Origin: Clostridia bacterium
GTDB taxonomy: Bacteria > Bacillota > Clostridia > UMGS1810
Direction: 5' to 3'
Length of the DNA stretch: 64,000 bases
NCBI GenBank assembly: GCA_017621495.1
Contig: JAGATB010000033.1
Span: forward strand, 70,310-134,309
Shown here: positions 37,254 to 47,180 of the stretch, piece by piece
Layout: each line of letters opens with the position of its first letter
Position numbering within the stretch: position 1 is the first letter of the stretch
The notes under the pieces: generated by a model
The model's database searches: none
The model's input: only the letters and a program-made list of their open reading frames with translations
Told to the model about the DNA's origin: nothing
Position numbers and translations under genes: made by a program

Positions 37254-39884
37254 ATGGCAAAGAAATTTGTTTATCTTTTCAAAGAGGGCGACGCAAGCAT
37301 GAGAGAGCTCCTCGGTGGTAAGGGTGCAAACCTCGCTGAGATGACTAAGCTTGGTCTTCCCGTTCCCCAGGGTTTCACAGTATCTACAGAGGCTTGTACT
37401 CAGTATTATGAAGACGGCCGCAAGATTAATGACGAAATCCAGGCAGAAATTATGGAAAACATCACTAAGATGGAAGAAATCTGCGGTAAGAAGTTCGGCG
37501 ATAAGGAAAACCCCCTTCTCGTTTCCGTACGTTCCGGTGCCAGAGCATCTATGCCCGGTATGATGGACACAATCTTAAACCTCGGTCTTAACGAAGAAGT
37601 TGTAGAGACAATGTCCGCAAAGTCCGGTAACCCCAGATGGGCTTGGGACTGCTACAGAAGATTTATCCAGATGTATTCCGACGTTGTTATGGAAGTTGGT
37701 AAGAAATACTTTGAACAGCTTATCGACGAGATGAAGGAAGCTAAGGGTGTAACTCAGGATATCGAGCTTACAGCTGAAGACCTCAAGGTTCTCGCAGGAC
37801 AGTTCAAAGAAGAATACAAAAATAAAATCGGCAAAGACTTCCCCTCTGATCCTAAGGAACAGTTAATGGGTGCTGTTGAAGCCGTATTCCGTTCATGGGA
37901 CAACCCCAGAGCTAATGTTTACCGTCGTGACAATGATATCCCTTATTCCTGGGGTACAGCTGTTAACGTACAGATGATGGCGTTCGGTAACATGGGTGAT
38001 AACTGCGGTACAGGTGTTGCATTCACACGTGACCCTGCTACAGGTGAACCCGGACTCATGGGTGAATTCCTCGTAAATGCTCAGGGTGAGGACGTTGTTG
38101 CAGGTGTACGTACACCTATGCCTATCGCTCAGATGGCAGAGAAGTTCCCCGAAGCTTTTGAAGAGTTCAATAAGGTTTGTGCTACTTTGGAAGACCACTA
38201 CAGAGACATGCAGGACATGGAGTTCACTATCGAAGACAGAAAGCTCTACATGCTCCAGACCAGAAACGGTAAGAGAACCGCTAAGGCTGCTCTCAAGATT
38301 GCATGTGACTTAGTTGACGAAGGTATGATCGATAAGAAGAAAGCTGTTGCAATGATCGATCCCAGAAACCTCGATACACTTCTCCATCCCCAGTTTGATG
38401 CTAAGGCTCTTAAGGCTGCTACTCCGGTTGGCAGAGGTCTCGGTGCATCTCCCGGTGCTGCTTGCGGTAAGATAGTATTTACTGCTGAAGATGCAGAAGC
38501 TTGGAACGCAAGAGGTGAGAAGGTAGTTCTCGTTCGTCTTGAAACTTCTCCTGAAGATATCACAGGTATGAAGGCTTCTCAGGGTATCCTCACAGTTCGT
38601 GGTGGTATGACAAGCCATGCTGCCGTTGTTGCTCGTGGTATGGGTACATGCTGTGTATCCGGTTGCGGCGATATCAACATGGACGAAGAAAACAAGAAGT
38701 TTACACTTGCCGGTAAGACCTACAATGAAGGTGACTTCATCTCCATCGACGGTTCTACAGGTAACATATATGATGGTATCATCCCCACAGTTGATGCTGA
38801 AATCGCAGGTGAGTTCGGCAGAATCATGGCTTGGGCTGATGAATTCAGAACTCTCAAGGTTCGTACAAATGCAGATACTCCTGCAGATGCTAAGAAAGCT
38901 CGTGAGCTTGGCGCTGAAGGTATTGGTCTTTGCCGTACAGAGCACATGTTCTTTGAAGCAGAGAGAATCGCTGCATTCCGCGAGATGATTTGTGCAGATA
39001 CAGTTGAAGAAAGAGAAGCTGCTCTTGAAAAGATTCTTCCTTATCAGCAGGGAGACTTTGAAGCTCTCTATGAAGCACTCGAGGGTAACCCCGTAACAAT
39101 CCGTTTCTTGGATCCTCCGCTTCATGAGTTCGTTCCCACTGAGGAAGCTGATATTGCTGCACTTGCTAAAGCTCAGAACAAGTCTGTGGAAGATATCAAG
39201 GCTATCATTGCAAGCCTCCACGAATTCAACCCCATGATGGGTCACCGTGGCTGCCGTCTTGCTGTAACATATCCTGAAATCGCTAAGATGCAGACAAAGG
39301 CAGTTATCCGTGCTGCTATCAATGTTAAGAAGGCTCATCCCGATTGGAATATAGTTCCTGAAATTATGATTCCTCTCGTAGGAGATATCAAAGAGCTCAA
39401 ATATGTTAAGAATGACGTTGTAGCTACTGCTGATGCAGAAATCGCTGCTGCAGGTATTGAACTCAAGTACGAAGTTGGTACTATGATTGAAATCCCCAGA
39501 GCTGCTCTTACTGCTGACGTTATAGCTTCTGAAGCTGAGTTCTTCTGCTTCGGTACAAACGACTTAACACAGATGACATACGGCTTCTCCCGTGATGACG
39601 CAGGTAAGTTCCTCGATGCTTACTATGATGCTAAGATTTTCGAGAACGATCCCTTTGCTAAGCTTGACCAGACAGGTGTTGGTAAGCTTATGGAAATGGC
39701 TGTTACTCTCGGTAAGAAGGTTCGTCCCGAAATGCACTGCGGTATCTGCGGTGAGCACGGTGGTGACCCCGTATCTGTTGAGTTCTGCCACAACATCGGT
39801 CTTGATTATGTATCCTGCTCTCCCTTCAGAGTACCGATTGCAAGACTCGCTGCTGCACAGGCTAAGATTAAGGAAATGGAATAA
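37254..39884 (+). CDS. ppdK: Pyruvate, phosphate dikinase
   Basis: Motifs LLGGKGANLAEM, the phosphohistidine loop GGMTSHAAVVARG, GLCRTEHMF and FFCFGTNDLTQ. The length is about 876 aa. Confidence 0.95.
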   Translation: MAKKFVYLFKEGDASMRELLGGKGANLAEMTKLGLPVPQGFTVSTEACTQYYEDGRKINDEIQAEIMENITKMEEICGKKFGDKENPLLVSVRSGARASMPGMMDTILNLGLNEEVVETMSAKSGNPRWAWDCYRRFIQMYSDVVMEVGKKYFEQLIDEMKEAKGVTQDIELTAEDLKVLAGQFKEEYKNKIGKDFPSDPKEQLMGAVEAVFRSWDNPRANVYRRDNDIPYSWGTAVNVQMMAFGNMGDNCGTGVAFTRDPATGEPGLMGEFLVNAQGEDVVAGVRTPMPIAQMAEKFPEAFEEFNKVCATLEDHYRDMQDMEFTIEDRKLYMLQTRNGKRTAKAALKIACDLVDEGMIDKKKAVAMIDPRNLDTLLHPQFDAKALKAATPVGRGLGASPGAACGKIVFTAEDAEAWNARGEKVVLVRLETSPEDITGMKASQGILTVRGGMTSHAAVVARGMGTCCVSGCGDINMDEENKKFTLAGKTYNEGDFISIDGSTGNIYDGIIPTVDAEIAGEFGRIMAWADEFRTLKVRTNADTPADAKKARELGAEGIGLCRTEHMFFEAERIAAFREMICADTVEEREAALEKILPYQQGDFEALYEALEGNPVTIRFLDPPLHEFVPTEEADIAALAKAQNKSVEDIKAIIASLHEFNPMMGHRGCRLAVTYPEIAKMQTKAVIRAAINVKKAHPDWNIVPEIMIPLVGDIKELKYVKNDVVATADAEIAAAGIELKYEVGTMIEIPRAALTADVIASEAEFFCFGTNDLTQMTYGFSRDDAGKFLDAYYDAKIFENDPFAKLDQTGVGKLMEMAVTLGKKVRPEMHCGICGEHGGDPVSVEFCHNIGLDYVSCSPFRVPIARLAAAQAKIKEME

Positions 39885-39905
39885 TCCATTAAATAAATTA
39901 TATTC

Positions 39906-39936
39906 AAAGCACCGGCTATTTAGTCGGTGCTTTGGT
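39906..39936 (+). terminator. Intrinsic terminator after ppdK
   Basis: Stem AAAGCACCG / CGGTGCTTT with a 10-nt loop. The downstream T tract is short. Confidence 0.6.
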
Positions 39937-39971
39937 ATACATGCATTATAAAATTTACAGAGGGTAATTTT

Positions 39972-41807
39972 ATGGATAAATATGGGGTTTTAAATAAATA
40001 TTACGGCTATTCGAATTTCAGAGACGGACAGGAAGAGATAATCGATGCCATATTGATTGGTCGTGATGCCTTGGCTATAATGCCAACCGGAGGCGGCAAG
40101 AGTCTTTGTTATCAGATACCTGCTATGCTTATGCCGGGTATCACGGTAGTTGTTTCTCCTTTGATTTCTCTTATGAAAGACCAGGTAATGGCACTGAAAA
40201 ACATAGGTATTCCTGCGGCATATATAAACAGCACACTTACTTATGAGCAGCATATAAAGGTATATAACAATTTAAAAAACGGTGTGTATAAGATTGTATA
40301 TGTGGCTCCGGAAAGACTTGATACAGAGGGATTTGCAGATTTAGCTTCTGAGCTTGACATAAGCCTTATAGCAGTAGATGAGGCACACTGTATATCTCAG
40401 TGGGGTCAGGACTTCAGACCCAGCTACCTCAAAATAGTTGATTTTATGCTGCATTTACGCAAACGCCCTGTTATAGCAGCCTTTACCGCTACAGCCACGC
40501 AGACGGTACGTGATGATATAAGTAATATTCTTAAGCTAAGCAACCCTATAAATATAACCACCGGTTTTGACCGTCCTAATCTTAACTTTGAGGTTATTAC
40601 TCCCAAAAATAAGCTTAAGGAAATTCACCATATATTATTGGAGCACCAAGGAAAAAGCGGAATCATATACTGTGCCACACGAAATAATGTAGAAAAGGTC
40701 TGTGATGAGCTTCAACTGCTCGGACTCTCTGTTACAAGATATCACGCCGGTCTTAAAGATTCCGAGCGCAAACAAAATCAAGAGGATTTCATATACGACA
40801 AACGTCAGATTATGGTTGCTACAAATGCCTTCGGTATGGGTATCAATAAGTCTAATGTGAGCTTTGTAATCCACTATAATATGCCCTTGAGCCTTGAGGC
40901 GTATTATCAGGAAGCCGGGCGAGCCGGCAGAGACGGCGAACCTGCCGACTGTATATTGCTTTTCGGTATTGGCGATGTGGCTACAGCTACAAGACTTTTG
41001 CAGATTCCGGGCTCCAATGATGAACTAACCGAGGCTCAGCGCGAAGAATTGTCCATTAGAGACCTTAGCCGTCTTAATAAGATGATTGACTATTGCAAGA
41101 CCACAAAATGCCTCAGAGGCGAAATTCTGGAGCATTTCGGACAGGCACATGCCCAAAGATGTGAAAATTGCGGTAACTGCCGCACACAATTCAAATGGCG
41201 CGATATAACTACAGAAGCCCAGATGGTTCTGTCTTGTGTTAAACGTCTGTATACCAAGCTTGGATATTACACAGGCAAGGGCACAGTGGTAAATACTCTT
41301 CACGGAAGCAAAAGCAGTCGATTGCTTGACCTGGGTATAGATGAAATTAAAACCTACGGCATTATGAGTAGTGTTCCCACTATGCAGATACGCGAACTGA
41401 TTGACTATCTTGAGGATAACGAATATCTGTACACCGATACCTTGTACAAGACAATCCGCCTCACAGATAAAGCAAAGGAAATTCTCTTTGACAACAAGCA
41501 TATAGAAATGCCCTACAAAGACATGCCAAAAAATAAGAAAGTAAGGACGAATACCTTCTCCGTTGAACAGTATTTGAAAACTGATGAAAATCTCTACGAG
41601 GTTTTGAGACAGCTCAGATATGAAATATCTCAGAGGGAAAATATACCGGCATATATAGTATTTTCAAACGCATCTCTTAAGGATATGTCATCAAAGAAAC
41701 CCACGACTTATGAGGAGTTTTTAAATGTAACCGGAGTAGGAGAGGTCAAAGCCGAAAGATACGGCGAAGAATTTATAAAAGCTGTTAAAACATATATGAA
41801 AAGCTGA
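39972..41807 (+). CDS. recQ: ATP-dependent DNA helicase RecQ (helicase, RQC and HRDC domains)
   Basis: Motifs FRDGQEEII, MPTGGGKSLCYQIP, DEAHCISQWGQDFRP, the zinc finger CENCGNC and a C-terminal HRDC (IPAYIVFSNASLKDM). Confidence 0.93.
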   Translation: MDKYGVLNKYYGYSNFRDGQEEIIDAILIGRDALAIMPTGGGKSLCYQIPAMLMPGITVVVSPLISLMKDQVMALKNIGIPAAYINSTLTYEQHIKVYNNLKNGVYKIVYVAPERLDTEGFADLASELDISLIAVDEAHCISQWGQDFRPSYLKIVDFMLHLRKRPVIAAFTATATQTVRDDISNILKLSNPINITTGFDRPNLNFEVITPKNKLKEIHHILLEHQGKSGIIYCATRNNVEKVCDELQLLGLSVTRYHAGLKDSERKQNQEDFIYDKRQIMVATNAFGMGINKSNVSFVIHYNMPLSLEAYYQEAGRAGRDGEPADCILLFGIGDVATATRLLQIPGSNDELTEAQREELSIRDLSRLNKMIDYCKTTKCLRGEILEHFGQAHAQRCENCGNCRTQFKWRDITTEAQMVLSCVKRLYTKLGYYTGKGTVVNTLHGSKSSRLLDLGIDEIKTYGIMSSVPTMQIRELIDYLEDNEYLYTDTLYKTIRLTDKAKEILFDNKHIEMPYKDMPKNKKVRTNTFSVEQYLKTDENLYEVLRQLRYEISQRENIPAYIVFSNASLKDMSSKKPTTYEEFLNVTGVGEVKAERYGEEFIKAVKTYMKS

Positions 41808-41847
41808 TGCTTCTTTGTAAAAGCTACCAAGAAAACATTAGATACTG

Positions 41848-41886
41848 AAAATTGCCCTTGCTTACAAATCGAGCAGGGGCAATTTT
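41848..41886. terminator. Bidirectional hairpin terminator between recQ and carB-dapF
   Basis: AAAATTGCCCtTGCT / AGCAgGGGCAATTTT, with A and T tracts on either side. Confidence 0.55.
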
Positions 41887-41978
41887 ACAATTATTTAGTA
41901 AAAAAATTAAATTTCATAATTTAAAACCCCTTCTTATGTATTTAAGGGCAGCAAATCAATGCTGCCCTTATATAAATC

Positions 41979-44900
41979 TTATTCTATACAAATTGTTCCT
42001 TCAAAGGACTTTACGGCATCTCCTGTCATATAAACAGTTCCTTCATCTGTATATCTTATGATGAGGTCACCGCCTACGAGCTTAACCGTGATATCGGTGT
42101 TCTTTTTGCAAAGTCCCATTTCACAAGCTGCCACAGCCGCTGCACAAGCGCCTGTACCGCAAGCCCATGTCTCGCCGTTGCCTCTTTCCCATACACGCAT
42201 CTTAATTGTATTTTCACCTACAATTTTAATAAACTCTGTATTAACTCTTTGAGGGAAGAGTGCGCTGTTTTCAAATTTGGGTCCCAGTGTATTGATATCA
42301 AGCTTATCAACGTTGTCTACAAATACTATACAGTGGGGATTGCCCATGGAAACAGTGGTTATATCGTATTCATCGTCTGCTATTGTTACCCTGCGGTTTA
42401 CTACCTTGTCGCCGTCTAAGTTAACAGGAATGCTCTCAGGTTTCAAATCCGGCTTGCCCATGTTAACCTCTGCGGCTGCAATTTTGCCGCTCTGACGCAG
42501 TAACTTCACTTCTTTGATACCGCTTGCTGTTTCTATTGTTACATCCAGCTTGTCCACAATTTTGTTTTCGTAGAGGTATTTACCTACACAACGGATTGCA
42601 TTACCGCCCATTTGACCTTCACTGCCGTCCAAGTTGAATATCCTCATCTTGGCATCTGCAATCTTTGAAGGGCATATAAGCACCACGCCGTCTCCGCCGA
42701 TTCCGAAACGTCTGTTGGAGAGACTCACACCGAGACCTTCCGGATTGTCTATCTTCTGATCAAAGCAATTGAAATATATATAGTCATTACCGGTACCGTG
42801 CATTTTGGTAAACTTAAGCACTGTTTTTTCTGTTCTTAAGTTATTTATGTCTACAAGCTCAGTACTGAATTCGCTGTAACGGCTCTTTATGCTGTCTGCC
42901 AGTGCCGCAGCTGTGTCCAGAGAGGTAAGACAAGGTACGTTTCTTTCAATCGCTTTACGGCGTATTTTTACGCTGTCACGGGTAGGTATTCTTCCCTTGG
43001 AGGATGTTGATATTACGTAGTTTACCTTTCCGCTTTCTATAAGTGTGAGTGTATTGTTCTCGGGGTCTTCGTGTATCTTGCTTACTGCTTCAACTTCCAG
43101 GTCATCAAGTCTCAGAACTTCCGCTGTACCCTGGGTAGCATAGAGCTTAAATCCCAGGTCGGCATACTTTCTTGCTACAGAAGCTATCTCACTCTTGTCG
43201 GAGTTTCGTACCGTTACGAATACACCGCCGCGCTGCTTCATGTTGCATCCGCTGGAGAGCAGACCTTTATATATAGCTTCCTCACGAGTGTTTGCCAGTC
43301 CCAGAACTTCACCTGTAGACTTCATTTCCGGTCCTAAGTGATTATCAACATTTGCCAGCTTTTCAAATGAGAATACCGGTACTTTAACTGCAACATAGGG
43401 TGATGACGGATACAGACCTGTGCCATAGCCCATGTCCTTTAACTTCTCTCCGAGCATTGTTCTCGTAGCCAAATCCACCATAGGAATACCGGTAACCTTA
43501 CTGATGTAGGGGATAGTCCTTGAGCTTCGGGGATTGACTTCAATTACATAAAGCTCATTTTTGTATATGAGGTACTGTATATTTACCAGACCTATTACAT
43601 TAAGTGAAGCAGACAGATTTTTGGTGCTTTCAATTATCTTCTCTGTAAGCTCGTCGGATATATTCCATGCAGGGTATACAGCAATAGAGTCTCCGGAGTG
43701 TACACCGGTTCTCTCTATGTGTTCCATTATACCGGGGATTAATATATCTTCACCGTCACAGATTGCATCAACCTCAAGCTCTGTACCCATGAGATACTTA
43801 TCTATAAGCACGGGGTTTTCTATATTTGTCTCAAGGATAATCTTCATGTATTCCTTGATATCACTTTCGTTGAAAGCTATAATCATATTCTGACCGCCAA
43901 GCACATACGAAGGACGCATAAGCACAGGGTATCCGATTTCTTCTGCAGCCTTAAGTGCTTCTTCGGTTGTCATTATGGTTGAACCCTTGGGTCTTGCTAT
44001 GTTGTGTTTCTCTAAAAGTGCATCAAAGAGCTCTCTGTCCTCTGCTGCATCTATACTTTCAGCGGGAGTTCCCAGGATTTTCACACCCTGTGCACTTAAA
44101 TAGTTGGTAAGCTTAATTGCTGTCTGTCCGCCGAATGCTACAACCACACCCACGGGTTTTTCTACTCTTATGATGTTCATTACATCTTCATTTGTCAAAG
44201 GTTCAAAATAGAGTCTGTCTGCAGTGTCAAAGTCTGTAGATACGGTTTCCGGGTTATTATTAACTATAACAACTTCATATCCGGCTTTCTTAAGTGACCA
44301 TACACAGTGTACAGAAGCGTAGTCGAATTCTACACCCTGACCGATTCTTATGGGTCCGGAGCCGAATACTATGATAGTATCTTTCTTTTCTTTCCTTGCT
44401 TCGAGGAACTCAACTGCTTCGTTTTCTTCTTCGTATGCAGAGTAGAAGTAGGGGGTAGTTGCCTTGTATTCTGCTGCACATGTATCAACCATCTTGAATG
44501 ATGCATATGCGTGATTGATTACTTTTTTACCGCTTATTCTTTCTATGGCGGTATCGGGGTAACCGAGCTTCTTTGCACGCATGTACAATTCATCACTGAG
44601 CTCGCTTGAGTCTGCAAGCTCTTTCTCAAACAGTGCCAGATTAAGGAGTTTAGCAAGGAACCATTCATCAATCATTGTAATTTCATGAATTTTTGCTATA
44701 CTTATACCTCTTTTTAAAGCTGCATATACTACAAATAATCTCTGATCGTCACAATCATACAGACGTGATTCTATTTCTTCATCGGTAAGTGAGTGAAGCT
44801 TGGGGTTGTCCAGTGTATCAAGCTTAATTTCGGCACCGCGTACTGCTTTCATTATAGCTTCTTCAAATGATGAACCTATACTCATTACTTCACCGGTAGC

Positions 44901-46031
44901 CTTCATCTGAGTGCCGAGCTTCTTGGTAGCATATACGAATTTATCAAAGGGCCACTTGGGGAACTTGACCACGCAGTAGTCAACCGTGGGCTCAAATGCC
45001 GCATAGGTAGCACCGGTTACGTCGTTTAATATTTCATCAAGAGTGTAACCTATAGCTATCTTTGTAGCAACCTTTGCAATTGGGTATCCCGTAGCCTTGG
45101 AGGCAAGTGCAGATGAACGAGATACTCTGGGGTTAACTTCAATCACTGCATATTCAAAGCTCTCGGGATTGAGGGCAAACTGGCAGTTACAGCCGCCTTC
45201 CACTTCCAGTGTGTTTACTATATCGAGGGCTGCGTTTTTAAGCATTGCAAACTCTTTTGAAGCCAATGTCACAGCCGGAGCTACAACTATGGAGTCACCG
45301 GTGTGTACACCTACAGGGTCCACGTTTTCCATAGAGCATACGATTATACAGTTGCCCTTGCTGTCACGGATAACTTCAAATTCAATCTCTTTCCAGCCTG
45401 AAATACATTTCTCTACCAGTATCTGTGTAATAGGTGATTGATAAAGTCCGTTTGCAGCAATTTCACGCAGCTCTTCTTCGTCATTTGCTATACCGCCGCC
45501 GGTACCGCCAAGTGTAAATGCAGGACGGATAATCAAGGGATATCCTGTCTCATCAGCAAATGCTACAGCATCTTCAACTGTTGTTACAACTATTGACGGT
45601 ATGCAGGGCTGACCTATGGATTCCATGGTGTCTTTAAACATCTGACGGTCTTCTGCTTTATCAATTGTTTCGGGCTTTGCACCCAGGAGAGTGACACCGT
45701 GCTTTTCTAAAAAGCCTTCCTTGGCAAGCTGCATGGAGAGAGTAAGGCCTGTCTGACCGCCAAGTGTAGAGAGCAGACTGTCCGGCTTTTCTTTTTCTAT
45801 AATTCTTTTTATAGTTGTAAGATTAAGAGGTTCTAAGTATATTTCATCGGCCATTGCGTTGTCGGTCATTATGGTAGCGGGGTTGGAGTTTACCAGCACT
45901 ACTTCAAGCCCTGCCTGCTTTAACGCACGGCAAGCCTGGGTACCTGCGTAGTCAAACTCAGCAGCCTGACCGATAACTATAGGACCTGAGCCTATAACCA
46001 TAACTTTTTTGAGATTTTTATTAAGAGGCAT
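41979..46031 (-). CDS. carB: Carbamoyl-phosphate synthase large subunit fused in frame to a C-terminal DapF-like (diaminopimelate epimerase fold) domain
   Basis: Residues 1 to about 1070 are CarB: VMVIGSGPIVIGQAAEFDYAGTQA, two ATP-grasp halves, a second IVFGSGPIRIGQGVEFDY, and an MGS-like tail. Residues 1071-1350 are (V)LKFTKMHGTGNDY...FNLDGSEGQMGGNAIRC...SMGNPHCIVFV...NTEF...WERGNGETWACGTGACA, which is DapF-like. No stop codon separates the two parts. Confidence 0.9.
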   Translation of the reverse strand: MPLNKNLKKVMVIGSGPIVIGQAAEFDYAGTQACRALKQAGLEVVLVNSNPATIMTDNAMADEIYLEPLNLTTIKRIIEKEKPDSLLSTLGGQTGLTLSMQLAKEGFLEKHGVTLLGAKPETIDKAEDRQMFKDTMESIGQPCIPSIVVTTVEDAVAFADETGYPLIIRPAFTLGGTGGGIANDEEELREIAANGLYQSPITQILVEKCISGWKEIEFEVIRDSKGNCIIVCSMENVDPVGVHTGDSIVVAPAVTLASKEFAMLKNAALDIVNTLEVEGGCNCQFALNPESFEYAVIEVNPRVSRSSALASKATGYPIAKVATKIAIGYTLDEILNDVTGATYAAFEPTVDYCVVKFPKWPFDKFVYATKKLGTQMKATGEVMSIGSSFEEAIMKAVRGAEIKLDTLDNPKLHSLTDEEIESRLYDCDDQRLFVVYAALKRGISIAKIHEITMIDEWFLAKLLNLALFEKELADSSELSDELYMRAKKLGYPDTAIERISGKKVINHAYASFKMVDTCAAEYKATTPYFYSAYEEENEAVEFLEARKEKKDTIIVFGSGPIRIGQGVEFDYASVHCVWSLKKAGYEVVIVNNNPETVSTDFDTADRLYFEPLTNEDVMNIIRVEKPVGVVVAFGGQTAIKLTNYLSAQGVKILGTPAESIDAAEDRELFDALLEKHNIARPKGSTIMTTEEALKAAEEIGYPVLMRPSYVLGGQNMIIAFNESDIKEYMKIILETNIENPVLIDKYLMGTELEVDAICDGEDILIPGIMEHIERTGVHSGDSIAVYPAWNISDELTEKIIESTKNLSASLNVIGLVNIQYLIYKNELYVIEVNPRSSRTIPYISKVTGIPMVDLATRTMLGEKLKDMGYGTGLYPSSPYVAVKVPVFSFEKLANVDNHLGPEMKSTGEVLGLANTREEAIYKGLLSSGCNMKQRGGVFVTVRNSDKSEIASVARKYADLGFKLYATQGTAEVLRLDDLEVEAVSKIHEDPENNTLTLIESGKVNYVISTSSKGRIPTRDSVKIRRKAIERNVPCLTSLDTAAALADSIKSRYSEFSTELVDINNLRTEKTVLKFTKMHGTGNDYIYFNCFDQKIDNPEGLGVSLSNRRFGIGGDGVVLICPSKIADAKMRIFNLDGSEGQMGGNAIRCVGKYLYENKIVDKLDVTIETASGIKEVKLLRQSGKIAAAEVNMGKPDLKPESIPVNLDGDKVVNRRVTIADDEYDITTVSMGNPHCIVFVDNVDKLDINTLGPKFENSALFPQRVNTEFIKIVGENTIKMRVWERGNGETWACGTGACAAAVAACEMGLCKKNTDITVKLVGGDLIIRYTDEGTVYMTGDAVKSFEGTICIE

Positions 46032-46032
46032 A

Positions 46033-47112
46033 TTAGTTTTCTCCTTTCATAATGCTTACAAACTTTAGGATAATGTGACTTGTATTGTGAGGTCCGTTAC
46101 ACAGATTAGGCATAAACTGTGTTGACAGGGCTTTCTTGTCTGCGTATTCCAGACCTTCGATTGTCTTATCGTTGACGTTTATAAAGCTGATTTTGGCATT
46201 AGACGGGAGAGTAGCCTCGTCTACTATATAGCCGTGGTTCTGGCTTGTAATGAATATTTTTTCGAGCGATGTATCCTTAACCGGCTGATTGGCACCTCTG
46301 TGTCCGTATTTATGCTTCTTGGTTTCGGCACCCATAGCCAGAGCAAGTATCTGATGTCCAAGACCGCAGCCGTACACAGGGATATCTTTATCCAATAATT
46401 TCTTAACTTCTTCTGTAACTGACTTGCAATCGGCAGGGTTACCCGGTCCCTCCGAAATCACTACACCGTCAGCGTTTAGTGACTCTATTTCATCCGCTTT
46501 CGTGTCATATGGAACCACAGTTACATTAATACCGCTTTGTGTAAATATATCTATGAAAGAATCCGTAGCACCCATGTCTATCATGCAAACATTCATTGCA
46601 GCATCCTCTGCATTAACTGTTCTTTGGTTTGCAGTGCTTACAGCATTGTAATCAATCTCACCTGTGTGAGCCTTGAGCTCATTGATTATACTATCTATAT
46701 TTGATATATCTTTGGTTATCTTGCCGTTCATGGTACCGTTTTCACGGATAATTCTGGTAAGCTCTCTTGTATCGATGCCTGCAAGACCGACTATACCTTT
46801 TGACTTTAGAAAATCTTCCAGATTGCCTTCGGTTCTGAAATTCGATGGGGCATCACACATGGATTTGACAATGTAACCTCCAATCACAGGCTCCTTACTT
46901 TCCAATTCTTCGGAAATAACTCCGTAGTTTCCTATAAGTGGAAATGTCTGTACAACAATCTGACCGCAGTATTTGGGGTCTGTTAAAGTTTCGTTATAGC
47001 CGAGTACAGCAGTTTGGAAAACTGTCTCACCAACTGCTTCACCTTCAGCTCCTATGGCATATCCTTTAAAGATTTTGCCGTTTTCGAGTACAAGGTACAA
47101 TGTCTTATCCAT
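46033..47112 (-). CDS. carA: Carbamoyl-phosphate synthase small-subunit homologue with a substituted glutaminase triad
   Basis: The CPSase small-chain N-domain is present (GYAIGAEGEAVGETVFQTAVLGYNETLTDPKYCGQIVV, GIDTRELTR). The GATase domain scaffold is also present (VISEGPGNP, QNHGYIVDEATLP). However, GICLGHQ reads GCGLGHQ and GHPE reads FMPN. Its stop lies 1 nt before the carB ATG. Confidence 0.88.
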   Translation of the reverse strand: MDKTLYLVLENGKIFKGYAIGAEGEAVGETVFQTAVLGYNETLTDPKYCGQIVVQTFPLIGNYGVISEELESKEPVIGGYIVKSMCDAPSNFRTEGNLEDFLKSKGIVGLAGIDTRELTRIIRENGTMNGKITKDISNIDSIINELKAHTGEIDYNAVSTANQRTVNAEDAAMNVCMIDMGATDSFIDIFTQSGINVTVVPYDTKADEIESLNADGVVISEGPGNPADCKSVTEEVKKLLDKDIPVYGCGLGHQILALAMGAETKKHKYGHRGANQPVKDTSLEKIFITSQNHGYIVDEATLPSNAKISFINVNDKTIEGLEYADKKALSTQFMPNLCNGPHNTSHIILKFVSIMKGEN

Positions 47113-47180
47113 AAAGTTCTCCTCCGGGTTAATAAAGATTTACGCCAAACAGACGTATTGAAGTTCGGATAAAAATGCTC

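Noticed and set aside
38310-39338. 342-aa ORF antisense to ppdK, with several shorter antisense ORFs in the same gene
   Set aside because: It lies wholly inside a very confidently identified ppdK. The product is Cys/Ser/Phe-rich and low-complexity, and there is no SD. This is a typical shadow ORF of a codon-biased gene.
41944-41969. Hairpin AAGGGCAGC/GCTGCCCTT considered as the terminator of carB-dapF
   Set aside because: The stem is good, but no U tract follows on the minus strand. It was left uncalled as a feature and may work together with the bidirectional hairpin at 41848-41886.
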